Positions 13,901 to 30,288 of a stretch of DNA of 64,000 nucleotides are shown here, piece by piece. The position numbers were made by a program, and so were the translations under genes. Source of the stretch: Eledone cirrhosa. Taxonomy: Eukaryota. The stretch's first letter is position 1. Every line of letters starts with the position of its first letter. The stretch is taken from assembly GCA_964016885.1 (NCBI GenBank), contig OZ024742.1:5580001-5644000 (forward strand), written 5' to 3'. The notes beneath the pieces are model-generated. The model worked only from the letters and a program-made list of their open reading frames with translations. It did not search any database and was not told the origin of the DNA.

Positions 13901-16900
13901 ACATCCATCACCATCACCACAACTATCACCATCACCACAACCATCAACATCACCATCACCATCACCATCACCACAACCACAAACTTCACCATAACCACAA
14001 CCATCACCATCACCACAACCACAACATCACCACAACAACAACCACAACCATCACCACAACCATCACGAGCACCACATCCATCATCATCGCCACAACCATT
14101 ACCATCACCACAAACATCACCATAACCATCACAATCACCACATCCATCATCATCGCCACAACCATTACCATCACCACAAACATCACCATAACCATCACAA
14201 TCACCATCACCAAAACCATCACCATCACCATCACCACAACCATCACCATCACCACAACCATCACCATCACCATCACCATCAACATCACCATCACCATCAC
14301 CACAACTACAACCATCACCACAACCATCACCATCACAACACCCATCAACATCACCATCACCATCACCACAACCACAACCATCACCAACACCACAACCATC
14401 ACCATCACCACAACCACAACATCACCACAACCATCACCACAACCATCACAATCACCACATCCATCATCATCGCCACAACAATTACCATGACCACAAACAT
14501 CACCATAACCATCACCACGACCATCACCGTCACCATCACCATAACCACAAACATCACCATCACCATCACCACAAGCACAACTATCACCACATCCACAACC
14601 ATCACCATCAGCACAAGCATCACCACAACCATCAGCACAACCATCAACATCACCATAAACCATCACCACAAACACAACCATCACCACAACCACAACCATC
14701 ACCATCACCACACCTTCTCAATCACGACAACCATCACCATCCCCACAACCATCACGTTCACCATCACCACAACCATCACCCTCACCACAACCATCATTAT
14801 CACCACAACCACCACCATTACAACCATCACAATCACCACAATCACAGCCATCACCATCTCCACAACCACAACAATGACCATCTCCACAACCATCACCATC
14901 ACCATCACGCCAACCATCAACACAACCATCACCATCAACACATCCATTACCATCGCCACAACCATCACCATTACCACAATGATCACCATCAAAATCACCA
15001 CAACCATCACCACGACCATCACCATCACCACAACCACAACCATCACCACAACCAAAACCACCACCATCACCACAACCATCACAACAACCATCACCACAAC
15101 CATCACCATCACCACAACCATCACCACAACCATCACCATCACCACAACCACAACCATCACCACAACCACAACCATCACCATCACCACAACCATCACAATC
15201 ACCATCACAACAACTATCAGCACAAACATCACCATCAACACAACCATCACCACAACCATCACCACAACCATCACCATCACAACAACCATCACCATCACCA
15301 CAACCACAACCATCACCATCACCACATCCATCACCATCACCACAACCACCACAATCACCATCACAACAACCATCAGCACAAACATCACCATCAACACAAC
15401 CATCAACACAACCATCACCACAACCATCACCACAACCATCACCATCACAAAAACCATCACCATCACCACAACCACAACCATCACCATCACCACAATCATC
15501 ACCACAACCACAACCATCACCATCACCACAATCATCACCACAACCACAACCATCACCATCACGACATCCATCACCATCACCACAACTATCACCATCACCA
15601 CAACCATCAACATCACCATCACCATCACCACAACCACAACCTTCACCACAACCACAACCATCACCATCACCACAACCATAACCTTAACCATCACCACAAC
15701 CACAACATCACCACAACAACAACCACAACCATCACCACAACCATCACCAGCACCACATCCATCATCATCGCCACAACCATTACCATCACCACAAACATCA
15801 CCATAACCATCACAATCACCATCACCACGAACCATCACCATCACCATCACCATCACCATCACCATCACTACAACCATCACCATCACCACAACCATCACTA
15901 TCACAATCACCATCAACATCACCATCACCATCACCACAACCACAACCATCACCACAACCACAACCATCACCATCACCACAACCATAACCTTAACCATCAC
16001 CACAACCATCAACATCACCACAACCATCACCAGCACCACAACCACAATTACAACCATCACCATCACCACAATCTCCACCATTAAAATCATCACCATTACA
16101 ACCATCACCATCACAATCACCACAACCACCAACATTACAACCATCACCATCACCACAACCATCACCCTCACCATCACCACAACCATCACCACAACCATCA
16201 CTATCATCACAACCATCAGCATCACCACAACCATCACCATCACCATAACCATCATTATCACCACAACCACCACCATTACAACCATCACCATCACCACAAT
16301 CACAACCATCACCATCTCCACAATCATCACCATCACCACAACCACAACCATCAACATCTCCACAACCATCACCACAACCACAACATAACTACAACCACAG
16401 CATCACCACAACCACAACATCACCACAACCACAATAATGACCATCTCCACAACCATCACAATCACCATCTCCACAACCATCAACACAACCATCACCATCA
16501 ACACATCCATTACCATCGCCACAACCATCACCATTACCACAACGATTACCATCACAATCACCACAACCATCACCACAACCATCACCATCACCACGACCAT
16601 CACCATCACCATAACCATCACCACAACTAAAACCGTTACCATCACCACAACCATCACCACAACCATCACCATCACCACAAGCATAACCATCACCACAACC
16701 ACAACCATCACCATCACCACAACCATCACCATCACCACAACCATCACCATCTCCACAACCATCACCATCACCACAACCATCACCATCACCACAACCATCA
16801 CCATCACCACAACCATCACCATCTCCACAATCGTTAACTTCACCATCACCACAACCATCACCGCAACCATCATTATCACCACAAGCATCACCATCACCAC

Positions 16901-19900
16901 AACCATCACAATCACCATCACCACAACAATCAGCACAACCATCACCATCACCACAACCATCATCATCAACACAATCATCACCACAACCAGAACCATCACC
17001 ATAACCACATCCATCACCATCACCACAAACATCAGCATCACCACAAACATCAGCATCACAACACCCATCAACATCACCATCACCATCACCACATCCATCA
17101 TCATCGCCACAACCATTACCATCACCACAACCATCACCATAACCATCACCACAACCATCACCATCACCATCACAATCACCACAACTATAACCATCACCAC
17201 AAACATCACCATCACCACAACCATCACCATCACCATCAACATCACCATCACCACAACGACAACCATCCACATCACCACAACCACAACCATCACCATCACC
17301 ACAACCATCACCATCCCCACAAACACAACCATCAACATCGCCACAACCATCACTAGCACCACAACCACCATTACAACCATCACCATTACAACCATCACCA
17401 TCACAATCACCACAACCATCACCATTACAACCATCACCATCACAATCACCACAACCTCCACCATTAAAACCACCACCATTACGACCATCACCATCACCAC
17501 AACCATCACCACAACCATCACCATCACCACAACCATCACCATCACCACAAACATCACCATCACAACAACCATCAACATCACCACAACCACAACCATCACA
17601 ATCACCACAATCATCGCCACAACCACAACCATCACCATCACCACATCCATCACCATCACCACAAACATCACCATCACAACAACCATCAACATCACCACAA
17701 CCACAACCATCACAATCACCACAATCATCGCCACAACCACAACCATCACCATCACCACATCCATCACCATCTCCACAAACATCACCATCACAACAACCAT
17801 CACCATCTCCACAACCATCACCACACCCACAACCATCACCATCACCACAACCATCACAATCACCATCACCACAACAATCAGCACAAACATCACCATCAAC
17901 ACAACCATCACTACAACCATCACCATCACCACAACCATCATCATCAACACAACCATCACCATCACCATCACCACATCCATCACCATCACCACAAACATCA
18001 CCATCACAACAACCATCAACATCACCACAACCACAACCATCACCATCACCACAATCATCACCACAACCAGAACCATCACCATCACCACATCCATCACCAT
18101 CACCACAAACATCACCATCACAACAACCATCAACATCACCACAACCACCACAATCATCGCCACAACCACAACCATCACCATCACCACATCCATCACCATC
18201 ACCACAAACATCACCATCACAACAACCATCAACATCACCACAACCACAACCATCACCATCACCACATCCATCACCATCACCACAAACATCACCATCACCA
18301 TCTCCACAACCATCACCACACCCACAACCATCACCACCACCACCACAATACCATCACAACAACCATCAACACAACCATCACCACAACCATCACCACAACC
18401 ATCACCATCACAAAAACCATCACCATCACCACAACCATCACCATCACCACAATCACAACCATCACCATCTCCACAACCATCACCACAACCACAACCATCA
18501 CCATCTCCACAACCATCACCACAACCACAACCATCACCATCTCCACAACCATCACCACACCCACAACCATCACCATCTCCACAACCATCACCACAACCAC
18601 AACATAACCACAACCACAACATCACCACAACCACAACATCACCACAACCACAACAATGACCATCTCCACAACCATCACAATCATCACCATCAACACATCC
18701 ATTACCATCGCCACAACCATCACCATTACCACAACGATTACCATCAGAATCACCACAACCATCACCACAACCATCACCATTACCACAACCACAACCATCA
18801 CCATCACCACAACCATCACCATCACCACAACCATCACCATCTCCACAATCGTCACCTTCACCATCACCACAACCATCACCGCAACCATCATTATCACCAC
18901 AACCATCACCATCACCACAACCATCACAATCACCATCACCACAACAATCAGCACAAACATCACCATCAACACAACCATCACTACAACCATCACCATCACC
19001 ACAACCATCATCATCAACACAATCATCAGCACAACCAGAACCATCACCACAAACATCACTATTACCACAAACATCAGCATCACCATCACCACAACCACAA
19101 CCATCACCACATCCATCATCATCGCCACAACCATTACCATCACCACAAACATCACCATAACCATCACAATCACCATCAGCAAAACCATCACTATCACCAT
19201 CACCATCACCACAACCATCACCATCACCACAACCATCACCATCACCATCACCATCAACATCACCATCACCATCACCACAACCACAACCATCACCACAACC
19301 ACAACCATCACCATCACCACAACCATCACCATCCCCCAAACACAACCATCAACATCGCCACAACCATCACTAGCACCACAACCACCACCATTACAACCAT
19401 CACCACAACCTCTACCATTAAAACCATCACCATTACAACCATCACCATCACAATCACCACAACCACCATCATTACAACCATCACCATCACCACAACCATC
19501 ACCCTCACCATCACCACAACCATCACCACAACCATCACCATCACTACAACCATCACCATCACAACAACCATCCCCATCACCACAATATCACCACAATCAC
19601 AACCATCACCATCACCACATCCGTCACCATCACCACAACCATCACCATCACCACAACCATCAACATCACCATCAGCATCACCACAACTACAACCATCACC
19701 ATCACCACAACCATCACCATCACCACATCCATCATCATCGCCACAACCATTACCATCACCACAAACATCACCATAACCATCACCACAACCATCACCATCA
19801 CCATCACCATCACCACAACCATCACCATCACCACAACCACCACCACAACCAAAACCATCACCATCACCACAACCACAACCTTCACCATCACCACAACCAT

Positions 19901-20661
19901 CAACATCATCACAACCATCACCATCACCACAACCATCACCCTCACCATCACCACAAACATCACCACAACCATCACCATCACCACAACCATCACCACAACC
20001 ACAACCATCACCATCTCCACAACGATCACCTTCACCATCACCACAACCATCACCCTCACCATCACCACAAACATCACCACAACCATCACCACAACCACAA
20101 CCATAACCATCTCCACAACCATCACTTTCACCATCACCACAACCATCACAATCACCACAACCATCACTATCACCACAACCATCACCATCACCACAACCAT
20201 CACCATCACCATCACCACAACCATCACCATAACCATCACCATCACCACAACCATCACCACAACCATCACCATCACCACAACCATCACCATCACCATCACC
20301 ACAACCATCACCATAACCATCACCATCACCACAACCATCACCACAACCATAACCATCACCACAACCATCACCATCACCTTCACCACAACCAACAACCATC
20401 ACCACAACCATCACCATCACCATCACCACAACCATCACCATCACCATCACCATCACCACGACCAACACCATCACCACAACCATCACCATCACCACAACCA
20501 TCACCACAACCATCACCATCACCATCACCACAACCAACACCATCACCACAACCATCACCATCACCATCACCATCACCACAACCACAACCATCACCACAAC
20601 CACAACCATCACCATCACCACAACCATAGCCATCACCACAACCATCACCATCACCACAACC
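7931..20661. repeat. Degenerate trinucleotide satellite (CAC/CAT/CAA), left part
   Basis: Continuous ACC-ATC-ACC-ACA-type triplets with internal block duplications, e.g. ~7950-8430 recurs at ~9140-9610. Confidence 0.95.
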
Positions 20662-20921
20662 CAGTGGCGGATTTAAGGAATAGGGCCCAGTCGGCTTTGG
20701 TCAGTAAGGAGGCCCCAGAGTGAAAATTAAAGTACCTTCTTTTCGAGCGAGTATTGAAAAAGTTTTTTCTTTAATTTCCCATTTAGCTACCAATAATCAT
20801 TTAGAATACAATTAAATTACAAGTACACTTTATTTGAAACAAACAAACAGATGTGCTGTACTGTAAACAAATAATAAAGTAATAAAGTTGTATATATGTT
20901 AGTCTTTTACACAAATTGCTT

Positions 20922-23565
20922 TTACATGCGCAGACCTCTGCGAGCTTTAACAGTTGAAAAATGAGTTATAGCGTGGTCCAAGTTTACTGATTTAGTAATT
21001 TTGTTTTCAATTGCCAGCAAGGCAAAACTGGATAGCCTCTCCTGGCCCATCGTTGAACGAAGATAATTTTTAATTCTTCGTAGAACACTGAAAGAGTGTT
21101 CCGCACTTGCTATGCCAATTGGTAAAGTGAGAAATAGCCTTACCAGAATTTCAAACTCGGGAAAGACATCACACAAGTCATTGTTCGGTAAAAATTTCAG
21201 ATATGGCATAACCCCACTTTGTTTTAAAGCTGCGTTTGGCTGTGAAAAGTAGAGGCCAATGAAAGAAAAGAGTTCATTTCTGAGTTCCAGTGTGAATTCA
21301 TTTGGAAAGTTATCTACCAATGTTGTTACATGTGTTTTTAGTTCATCATCTGAGCATTTAGCCAGTCGATTTGGACTCAAAAATCCAAAGATTGAAGATA
21401 TTTTTTTTATTCCTTCAGTTCGGGCTCTCATCTCCCCAATCATACTATCCAGTGATTGAAAATAAATTGCAGTGCGATATCTATCTGAAGCAGTAGCTAG
21501 TCTTTCAACACCACAAACTTCACCATCCATAATCTTTCTTCTCCTTACTCGCGCTATTTTAAAATCAGCTTCAGATGCATCAAATCCCACGTCATTCCAG
21601 GCTTTCTTTGCCTGGTCCACAAATTGTTCAAATTTGTGATCGCATCTGAGTTCTTCCAATTTATCTGTTGAACGTTCAAAGCACTCAGTCACAAGGAATA
21701 AATCAATTGTCTTAGCTTGTAGAAGACGATTAGCTGAATTCATATTTTCTAACACTTTGTTCCACCAAAGTAGAGATAGGAAAAAAGTCCAGTCCATTTT
21801 CCCTTGCAAATCAGTTGCCTGTTTTACTTCATTTGAGTCATGATTTTCTTCTATCAAATCTGCCAGACATTCACTGACATTGTGAAAGTTTCCCAGGAGA
21901 GCAGAAACTGCATTATGTCTGGCTGACCACCTTGTCTGAGAGAGTGATTTCAAGGTTCCGGATCTTGATGAGCCACATATATGCTCATCTTCAACTTCTT
22001 CGTCAATTAGAAATAACCTTCTCAACAGCTTCTAAAAGATTCTTCTCCTGACTTTTTGCCATATCAAGAAGTTGACTCCAGCGTCTATTTGAATTAACAA
22101 AGAAAGCATAGATAGATTGAATGTTATCAAAGAAGCATTTAATTTCAACAAGAGGTGGAGGAGTACCACTTTGAGCTGCATGTTCAAGAACTAGATTGAG
22201 TTGGTGGGGAAGACAGTGAACATATGGAACAAAAGTATTTCCGTCCAGTGCCATATTCTTTTTTAGTAAAGCTTGAACACCACCTAATGCCCCACTCATC
22301 ACAGATGCTCCATCATATGCCTGTCCTTTAAGATGTTTGCGCTGCAAGCCAAGTTCTTCAAACAATGCCTTTTCAATGACACTGGTAATACCAATTGCAC
22401 TAGCATCAAGGACATGATAATATCCAACAAAGTGTTCTACAATTTCCACTGACTTTTCAAGTCTGTCAATTTTTATAAATCTCAATAGCACCGCCATTTG
22501 GTCCTTATGACTTATATCAGTTGTAGAATCAGCAATCACAGTGAAAAATTTGGCTTCCTTGCAAAGATCAACAATTTTGTCAAGTGTCATTTTTGAAAGA
22601 ATCTGGACTTGTTCCTCAAAGATAGTTTTGCTCAGATATTTGAGTTGTCCCTTGTCCTCAAAATGTTGTTTAAGAATAGGATCGATTGTGCTTATGTGCC
22701 TTAATATTGATAAGTACACACCTGGATTATCAGCATCCAAGGATTCTCTATGACCTCTTAGTGGCAATCCTAGGCATGTAAGTTCTCGTAAAAGTCCGAA
22801 CTGATGATTAAGAACATATTTCCATTTTTGAACTTCTGCATCCATTTGTTTTTTCACTGAAACTCCAATGGACATATGCTTGGCGAACTGTTTATAGGCA
22901 TATACTGATCTGTGATGAATTTTTGATTGAGAATGTTTTTCAATGCTTTTGGAAATGTGCTTCCAATCATTCATACTCTTTGACCATGGCGAGTTTTTGG
23001 CCTCTTCATCACCAAATAACCAGCAATGATGGCAGTAACAATAATTACCTTTGTATGAATAAGCTAGCCAGTATCTGTGTACTCGTTCTTCAAGGGGTTT
23101 TTTTAAATTATAGTAACTGCTCTTGAATTTTCTAGAATGGATAATGGGATAGTCTCCTGTAGGCATATCATTTTCCAAAGGTTGACAAGCACCCCTTTCA
23201 ATTAAAATGTTCAAGTAATCTTTCACTTTATTCTTTCCTGTGTCAAATCGTGCTTTGTCATTTAAAAATGGCATTGAAGCCTGACTAATTTCAGAAAGTT
23301 CATTTTCAACTTCAGAAAGACTTATATTTTCTACAGCAGGTTCGGTCACTTGAGAAGGAAGCACAGGTTCAGCCACTTCAGGAATAGTTTCAGCTTCACC
23401 TGTAGATATTGTAGGAATATTTTCTTCTTCAACATCCTCAATATCTGCACTATGGGGCGCAGAAAAAGTCAATAATCTTTGATTTTTTGCTTTGCCTGCT
23501 GATTCCAAATCCTTTTTTCTTTTCAGTGCACGCTTCTCAGCACCCGATGAAAACTTCTTATTCAT
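20922..23565 (-). pseudogene. hAT transposase split by one frameshift (ORFs 23565-22003 and 22025-20922)
   Basis: TTF-type zinc finger (WLAYS...CYCHHCWLF...IEKHSQSKIH), DUF4371-like LPLRGHRE, catalytic D in IADSTTD and QAYDGASVMSG, CxxH (HCLPHQLNL), TRW, catalytic E in SAEHSFS and C-terminal dimerisation domain RIKNYLRSTMGQERLS. Confidence 0.92.
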
Positions 23566-23728
23566 TGTGAGTCAGTCAACAAACAAAATATAAACTAGGT
23601 ATAGGAAATAATAAAAGGAACTTACCAATTATTTGTTGCTTACACAATTTTAATGCTTCAATATTTTTAAACTGTGGCCCAATAAAACAAATTACGGCGA
23701 TATCCAAAAATACCTCCCCCATGCCTAG

Positions 23729-23801
23729 GGCTAAATAACTTCGCTGTTCGCTGCTGATATGAGGCTAAATAACTTCGCTGCTGGCTGCTGAAATGAGGCT
23801 A
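23729..23801. repeat. 34-bp direct repeat x2 upstream of the transposase
   Basis: GGCTAAATAACTTCGCTG(T/C)T(C/G)GCTGCTGA(T/A)ATGA occurs twice. Confidence 0.85.
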
Positions 23802-24250
23802 TTCCAACAAATTTACATCCCCCTTTTTTTAGCCGTTAAAAGAAATATAGATTTATTTATTTATTTGAAACGTTTTTGTTAGTTTCTTTGTCTTGTTTTT
23901 TGGCGATATTTTTGTTAGTTTATTGTTGTTTTTTTAGTTTCTTTTTTTTTGGCGTTTTTTGCCAGGTTTTTTTTTTATAGATTTATTTATTTATTTTTAA
24001 CGTTTTTGTTAGTTTTTGTTTTGTTTTTATGTCACAAACATTGCTCTCCGACGCTCTACCGAGTATTAGTGGTTGTAATAAAAATGCAATCAAAACGTAA
24101 TAAATACCTTCACTGATTTCTTTCCTTATATTATCAACAGAAGTTGGTATGTCACCCAAAGTTTCTAATTCCTTCTCCACAGTAAGACAAATATCCATGT
24201 GTAGTTGAAGAGGATAAGTATGAAAGAACAGTCTTTGGTACAGTGTTCTA

Positions 24251-24451
24251 TGAATGTTTTCGAACGAATTAATAATTTCAGTTTAAAATCAATTTCACTT
24301 TAACTTGTTTGGGTATTTTCCACGAATTGGCATAACTAGCTCCCTGCTAAAGGTGAAATAACATAGTTCTGTTATCTTATAATTGATTTGTATATAAGTT
24401 AAAGTGAAATTGATTTTAAACTGAAATTATTCATTCGTTCGAAAACATTCA
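24251..24451. repeat. 56-bp inverted duplication at the hAT/satellite junction
   Basis: 24251-24306 versus the reverse complement of 24396-24451: 55/56 identical, 89-bp spacer. Confidence 0.93.
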
Positions 24452-27400
24452 CCATCACCATCACCACAACCATCACCACAACATTCACCATCACAAAAAC
24501 CATGACCATCACCACGACCATCATCTTCACCATCAGCATCACCACAACCATCACCATCACCACAACCACCACCATCACCACAACCACAATCATCATCATC
24601 ACCACAACCATCACCATGCCCACAACCATCACCACCACGATCACCATCACCATCACCACAACCATCAACATCACCATCACCATCACCACAACATTCACCA
24701 TCACCACAACCATCACCATCCCCACAACCATCACCTTCACCATCACCACAACCATCACCATCACCACAACCACCACTATTACAACCATCACAATCACCAC
24801 AACCACAACCATCACTATCAGGACAACCATCACCACAACCACAACCATCACCATCACCACAACCATCACCATCACCACGACCATCACCATCACCACAACC
24901 ACAAACATCACCACCATCATCACCATAACCACAACCACAACCATCACCCAAACCACAACCAACACCATCACCACTACCATCACCACAACCATCACCATCA
25001 CCACAACCACAACCATCAACACAACCACAACCATCAGCATCACCACAACCATCACCATCCCCACAGCCATCACCTTCACCATCACCACACCCATCACCAT
25101 CACCGCAAACCATAACCATCACCACAACCATCACCATCACCACAACCATCACCACAACCACAACCACAACCATCACCATCACCACAACCATCACCATCAC
25201 CAAAACCATCACCACAACCACAACCATCACCATCACCACATCCATCACCATCACCACAACCATCACCATCACCACAACCATTACCACAACCATCACCACA
25301 ACCATCACCATCACCACAACCATCACCATCACCACAACCATCACCATCACCACAACCATCACCACAACCACAACCATCACCATCACCACAACCATCACCA
25401 TCACCACAACCATCAGCATCAGCATCGCCACAACCATCACCACGACCATCACCATCACCATAAACATCACCACAACCATCACCATCACCATCACCATCAC
25501 CATCACCATCACCATCACCACAACCATCACCACAACCACAACCACAACCATCACCATCACCATCACCATCACCATCACCATCAACACAAAAATCACCATC
25601 ATCATCACCACAACCATCACCATCACCACAACCACAACCCCAACCGTCACCATCACCACAACCATCACCATCAGCACAACCATGACCATCCCCACAACCA
25701 TCACCTTCACCATCACCACAACCATCACCATCACCACAACCATCACCATCACCACAACCATCACAATCACCACAACCACCACCATTACAACCATCACCAT
25801 GACCACAACCATCACCATCACCATCACCACAACCATCAACACAACCACAACCATCACCATCACCACGTCCATCACCATCACAACAACCATCACCATCACC
25901 ATCACAATCACGACAAACATCACCATCATCATCACCACAAACATCACCATCACCATCACCACAACCATCACCATCACCACAACCATCACCATCACCACAA
26001 CAATCACCATAACCACAACCATCACCATCACCACAACCATCACCACAACCATCACCATCACCACAACCATCACCATCACCACAACCATCACAACAACAAT
26101 CACCATCATCATCACCACAACCATCACCACAACCATCACCATCACCATCACACACAACCATCACCACAACCACAACCACAAGCATCATTATCACCACAAT
26201 TATCACCATCACCACAACCTTCACCATCACCATCACCACAAATATCAACATCACCACAACCATCACCCTCACGATCACCACAACCATCACCCTCACGATC
26301 ACCACAACCATCACCTCAACCATCACCATCACCTCAACCATCGCCATCACCACAACCATTACAACAACCACAACCACAACCATCACCACCACCACAACCA
26401 TCAACATCCCCACAACCATCACCTTCACCATCACCACAACCATCAGCATCACCATCACCACAACCATCACTATCACCACAACCACCACCATAACAACCAT
26501 CACCATCACCACATCCACCACCATTACAACTATCACCATTACAACCATCACTATCACCACAATCTCAACCATCACCATCACCATAACCATCACAACAACC
26601 ACAACCATCACCACAACCACAACCATCACCATCACCACAACCATCACCACAACCATCACCCCAACCATCACCATCACCACAACCATCACCACAACCATCA
26701 CCATCACCATCACCACAATATATCACCACAACCATCACCACAACCATCATCATCACCACAACCATCACCACAACCACAACCATCATCATCACCACCACAT
26801 CCATCACCATCACCACAACCATCAGCATCACCATCACCACAACCATCACCACAACCATCACCATCACCACAACCATCACTACAACCACAACCATCACCAT
26901 CACCACAACCATCATCATCCCCACAAACATCACCACAACCACAAACACAACCACAACCATCATTATCACCACAATTATCACCATCACCACAACCATCACC
27001 ACAACCACAACCATCACTACAACCACAACCATCACCATCACCACAACCATCACCACAACCACAACCATCACCACAACCACAACCATCACCATTACCACAA
27101 CCATCACCACAACCACAACTATCAACATCACCACAACCATGACCATCACCACAATCATCACCACAACCAACACCATCACCACAATCATCACCATCACCAC
27201 AACCATCACCATCACCACAACCAGAACCATCACCATCACCACATCCATCACCATCCCCACAACCATCACCATCACCACAACATATCACCACAACCATCAC
27301 CATGACCACAACCATCATCATCACCACAAACATCACTATCACCACAACCATCACCATAACCACAACGATAACAATCACCATCACCACAACCATCATCACA

Positions 27401-29207
27401 ACCATCACCATCAGCATTAACTTCACCACAACCATCATCATCAACATCACCATCACTATCACCACAACCATCCTCAGCAGCACAACATCATCAACATCAA
27501 CATCACCACAAACATCACCACAAAAACAACCATAACCATCACTTTCACCATCACCACAACTACAACAATCACCATCACCACAACCATCACCACAACCATC
27601 ACCACAACCATCGCCATCACCATCACCACAAGCATCACCACAACCATCGCCATCACCACAACCACAACCATCACCATCACCACAACCATCACCCCAACCA
27701 TCACCATCACCTCAACCATCAACACAACCACAACCATCACCATCACCATCACCACAACCATCAGCATCACCACAACCATCACCATCACCACAACCATCGC
27801 CATCACCACAACCACAACCATCACCATCACCACAACCATCACCCCAACCATCACCATCACCACAACCATCACCACAACTATCACCATCACCACAACCATC
27901 ATCATCACCACAACCATCACCATCACCATCACCACAACCATCAGCATCACCACAACCATCACCATCACCACAACCATCACTACCACTACAACTACAACCA
28001 TTACAACCATCACCATCACCACAATCACCACCAATACAACTATCACCACTACAACCACAACCATCACCACAACCACCACCATCACCACAACCACAACCAT
28101 CACCACAACCACAACCATCACCATCACCACTACCATCACCACAACCACAAACATCACCACAAACACAACTATCACCATCACCACAACCATCACCTTCACC
28201 ACAAGCACAACATCCTCACAACCATCACCACAACCATCACCATCACCATCACCACAACCATCACCATCACCACAACCATCACCATCACCACACTCATCAC
28301 CATCACCACAACCATCACCATCACCATCACCACAACCATCACCATCACCACAACCACAACCATCACCATCACCATCACCATCACCATCACCACAACTATC
28401 ACCATCAACACAAGCATCACCTTCACCATCACCACAACCATCACCACAACCATCACCATCACCATCACCACAACTATCACCATCAACACAAGCATCACCT
28501 TCACCATCACCACAACCATCACCATCACCATCACCATCACCATCACCATCACCACAACTATCACCATCATCACAACCATCACCTTCACCACAACTATCAC
28601 CATCATCACAACCATCACCTTCACCATCACCACAACCATCACCACAACCATCACCATCACCATCACCATCACCACAACCATCACCACAACCATCACCATC
28701 ACCACACCCATCACCATCACTACAACCATCACCATCACCATCACCATCACCATCACCACAACTATCACCATCATCACAACCATCACCTTCACCATCACCA
28801 CAACCATCACCACAACCATCACCATCACCATCACCATCACCACAACCATCACCACAACCATCACCACAACCATCACCATCACCACACCCATCACCATCAC
28901 TACAACCATCACCATCACCATCACCATCACCATCACCACAACTATCACCATCAACACAAGCATCACCATCACCACAACCATCACCACAACCATCACCATC
29001 ACCATCACCATCACCACAACCATCACCACAACCATCACCATCACCATCACCATCACCACAACCATCACCACAACCATCACCACAACCATCACCATCACCA
29101 CAACCATCACCACAGCCATCACCATCACCATCACCACAACCATCACCATCACCATCACCACAGCCATCACCATCACCATCACCACCTTAACCACTACCAT
29201 CACAACC
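24447..29207. repeat. Degenerate trinucleotide satellite (CAC/CAT/CAA), right part
   Basis: Same motif as 7931-20661. Confidence 0.95.
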
Positions 29208-29392
29208 ATGATGATGATGAGGATGATGGTGGTGGTGGTAGCGATGGTGAAGGGTGTGGTAATAGTAGTAGTGGTTGTGCTTATAGTAGTAGTAGTAGTG
29301 GTAGTAGTGGGGGTGGTAGTGGTGGTGGTGTTAGTAGTAGTAGTGTTGGTGGTGGTGGTAGTAGTAGTAGTGGTAGTATTAGCAGTAGTAGC

Positions 29393-29434
<42 letters not shown>

Positions 29435-29544
29435 CGTAGTAGTAGTATAAGAAATAGTAGTAGTGGCAGAAGTAGTAGTAGTAGTATTAGTAGTAGTAGT
29501 AGTATTGGTGGTAGTAGTAGTGCTGTTGGTGGTAATAGTTGTAC

Positions 29545-29600
<56 letters not shown>

Positions 29601-29609
29601 ATAGTGGTT

Positions 29610-29671
<62 letters not shown>

Positions 29672-29748
29672 TGTAGTAGTGATAGTGGTAGTAGTAGTAG
29701 TAGTCGTTGTAATAGTAGTGGTAGTAGTATTAGTGGTGGTGGTGGTAA

Positions 29749-29783
<35 letters not shown>

Positions 29784-29784
29784 A

Positions 29785-29824
<40 letters not shown>

Positions 29825-29966
29825 TAGTTGTGATGGTGGTGGTGGTAGTAGTAGTAGTAGTTGTAGTAGTGGTCGTGGTAGTCGTAGTAGTGGTAATAGT
29901 AGTAGTAGTGGTTGTATAAGTAGTAGTGGTAGTAATAGTAGTAGTAGTAGTAGTAGTAGTAGTAGC

Positions 29967-30016
<50 letters not shown>

Positions 30017-30238
30017 TAGCAGTAGTAGTAGAAGTAGTAGTAGTAGTAGTGTTTGTAGTGGTGGTGGGAGTAGTAGTAGTAGTGCTAGTAGTGGTAGTAG
30101 TACTACTAGTAGTAGTAGTAGTGGTTATAGTAGTAGTAGTAAGTGGTGGTAGTGGTGGTGGTAGTAGTAGTGCTGGTGGTGGTAATAGTTGTAGTATTAG
30201 TAGTAGTAGTGATAATGGTAGTATTAGTAGTGGTGGTG

Positions 30239-30288
<50 letters not shown>

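Larger units (their letters stand above)
20662..24451 (-). mobile_element. hAT-superfamily DNA transposon (Tip100/ZMYM1-like), one TIR only
   Basis: Abrupt start CAGTGGCGGATTTAAGG at 20662 (typical hAT terminus) and transposase on the minus strand. No matching TAAATCCGCCACTG seen before the satellite resumes at ~24447. Confidence 0.88.

Noticed and set aside
21960-22025. Intron that would repair the transposase frameshift
   Set aside because: The AAG|GTTATT donor with the CAAG acceptor 54 nt downstream leaves the wrong frame.
6578-29209. Long Thr/Ile, His, Pro/Ser/Gln, Val/Met and Gly/Asp/Cys ORFs resembling mucins or His-rich proteins
   Set aside because: They are open in several frames on both strands because the triplet satellite rarely makes stops. 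They switch frame often and have no signal peptide or globular domain.
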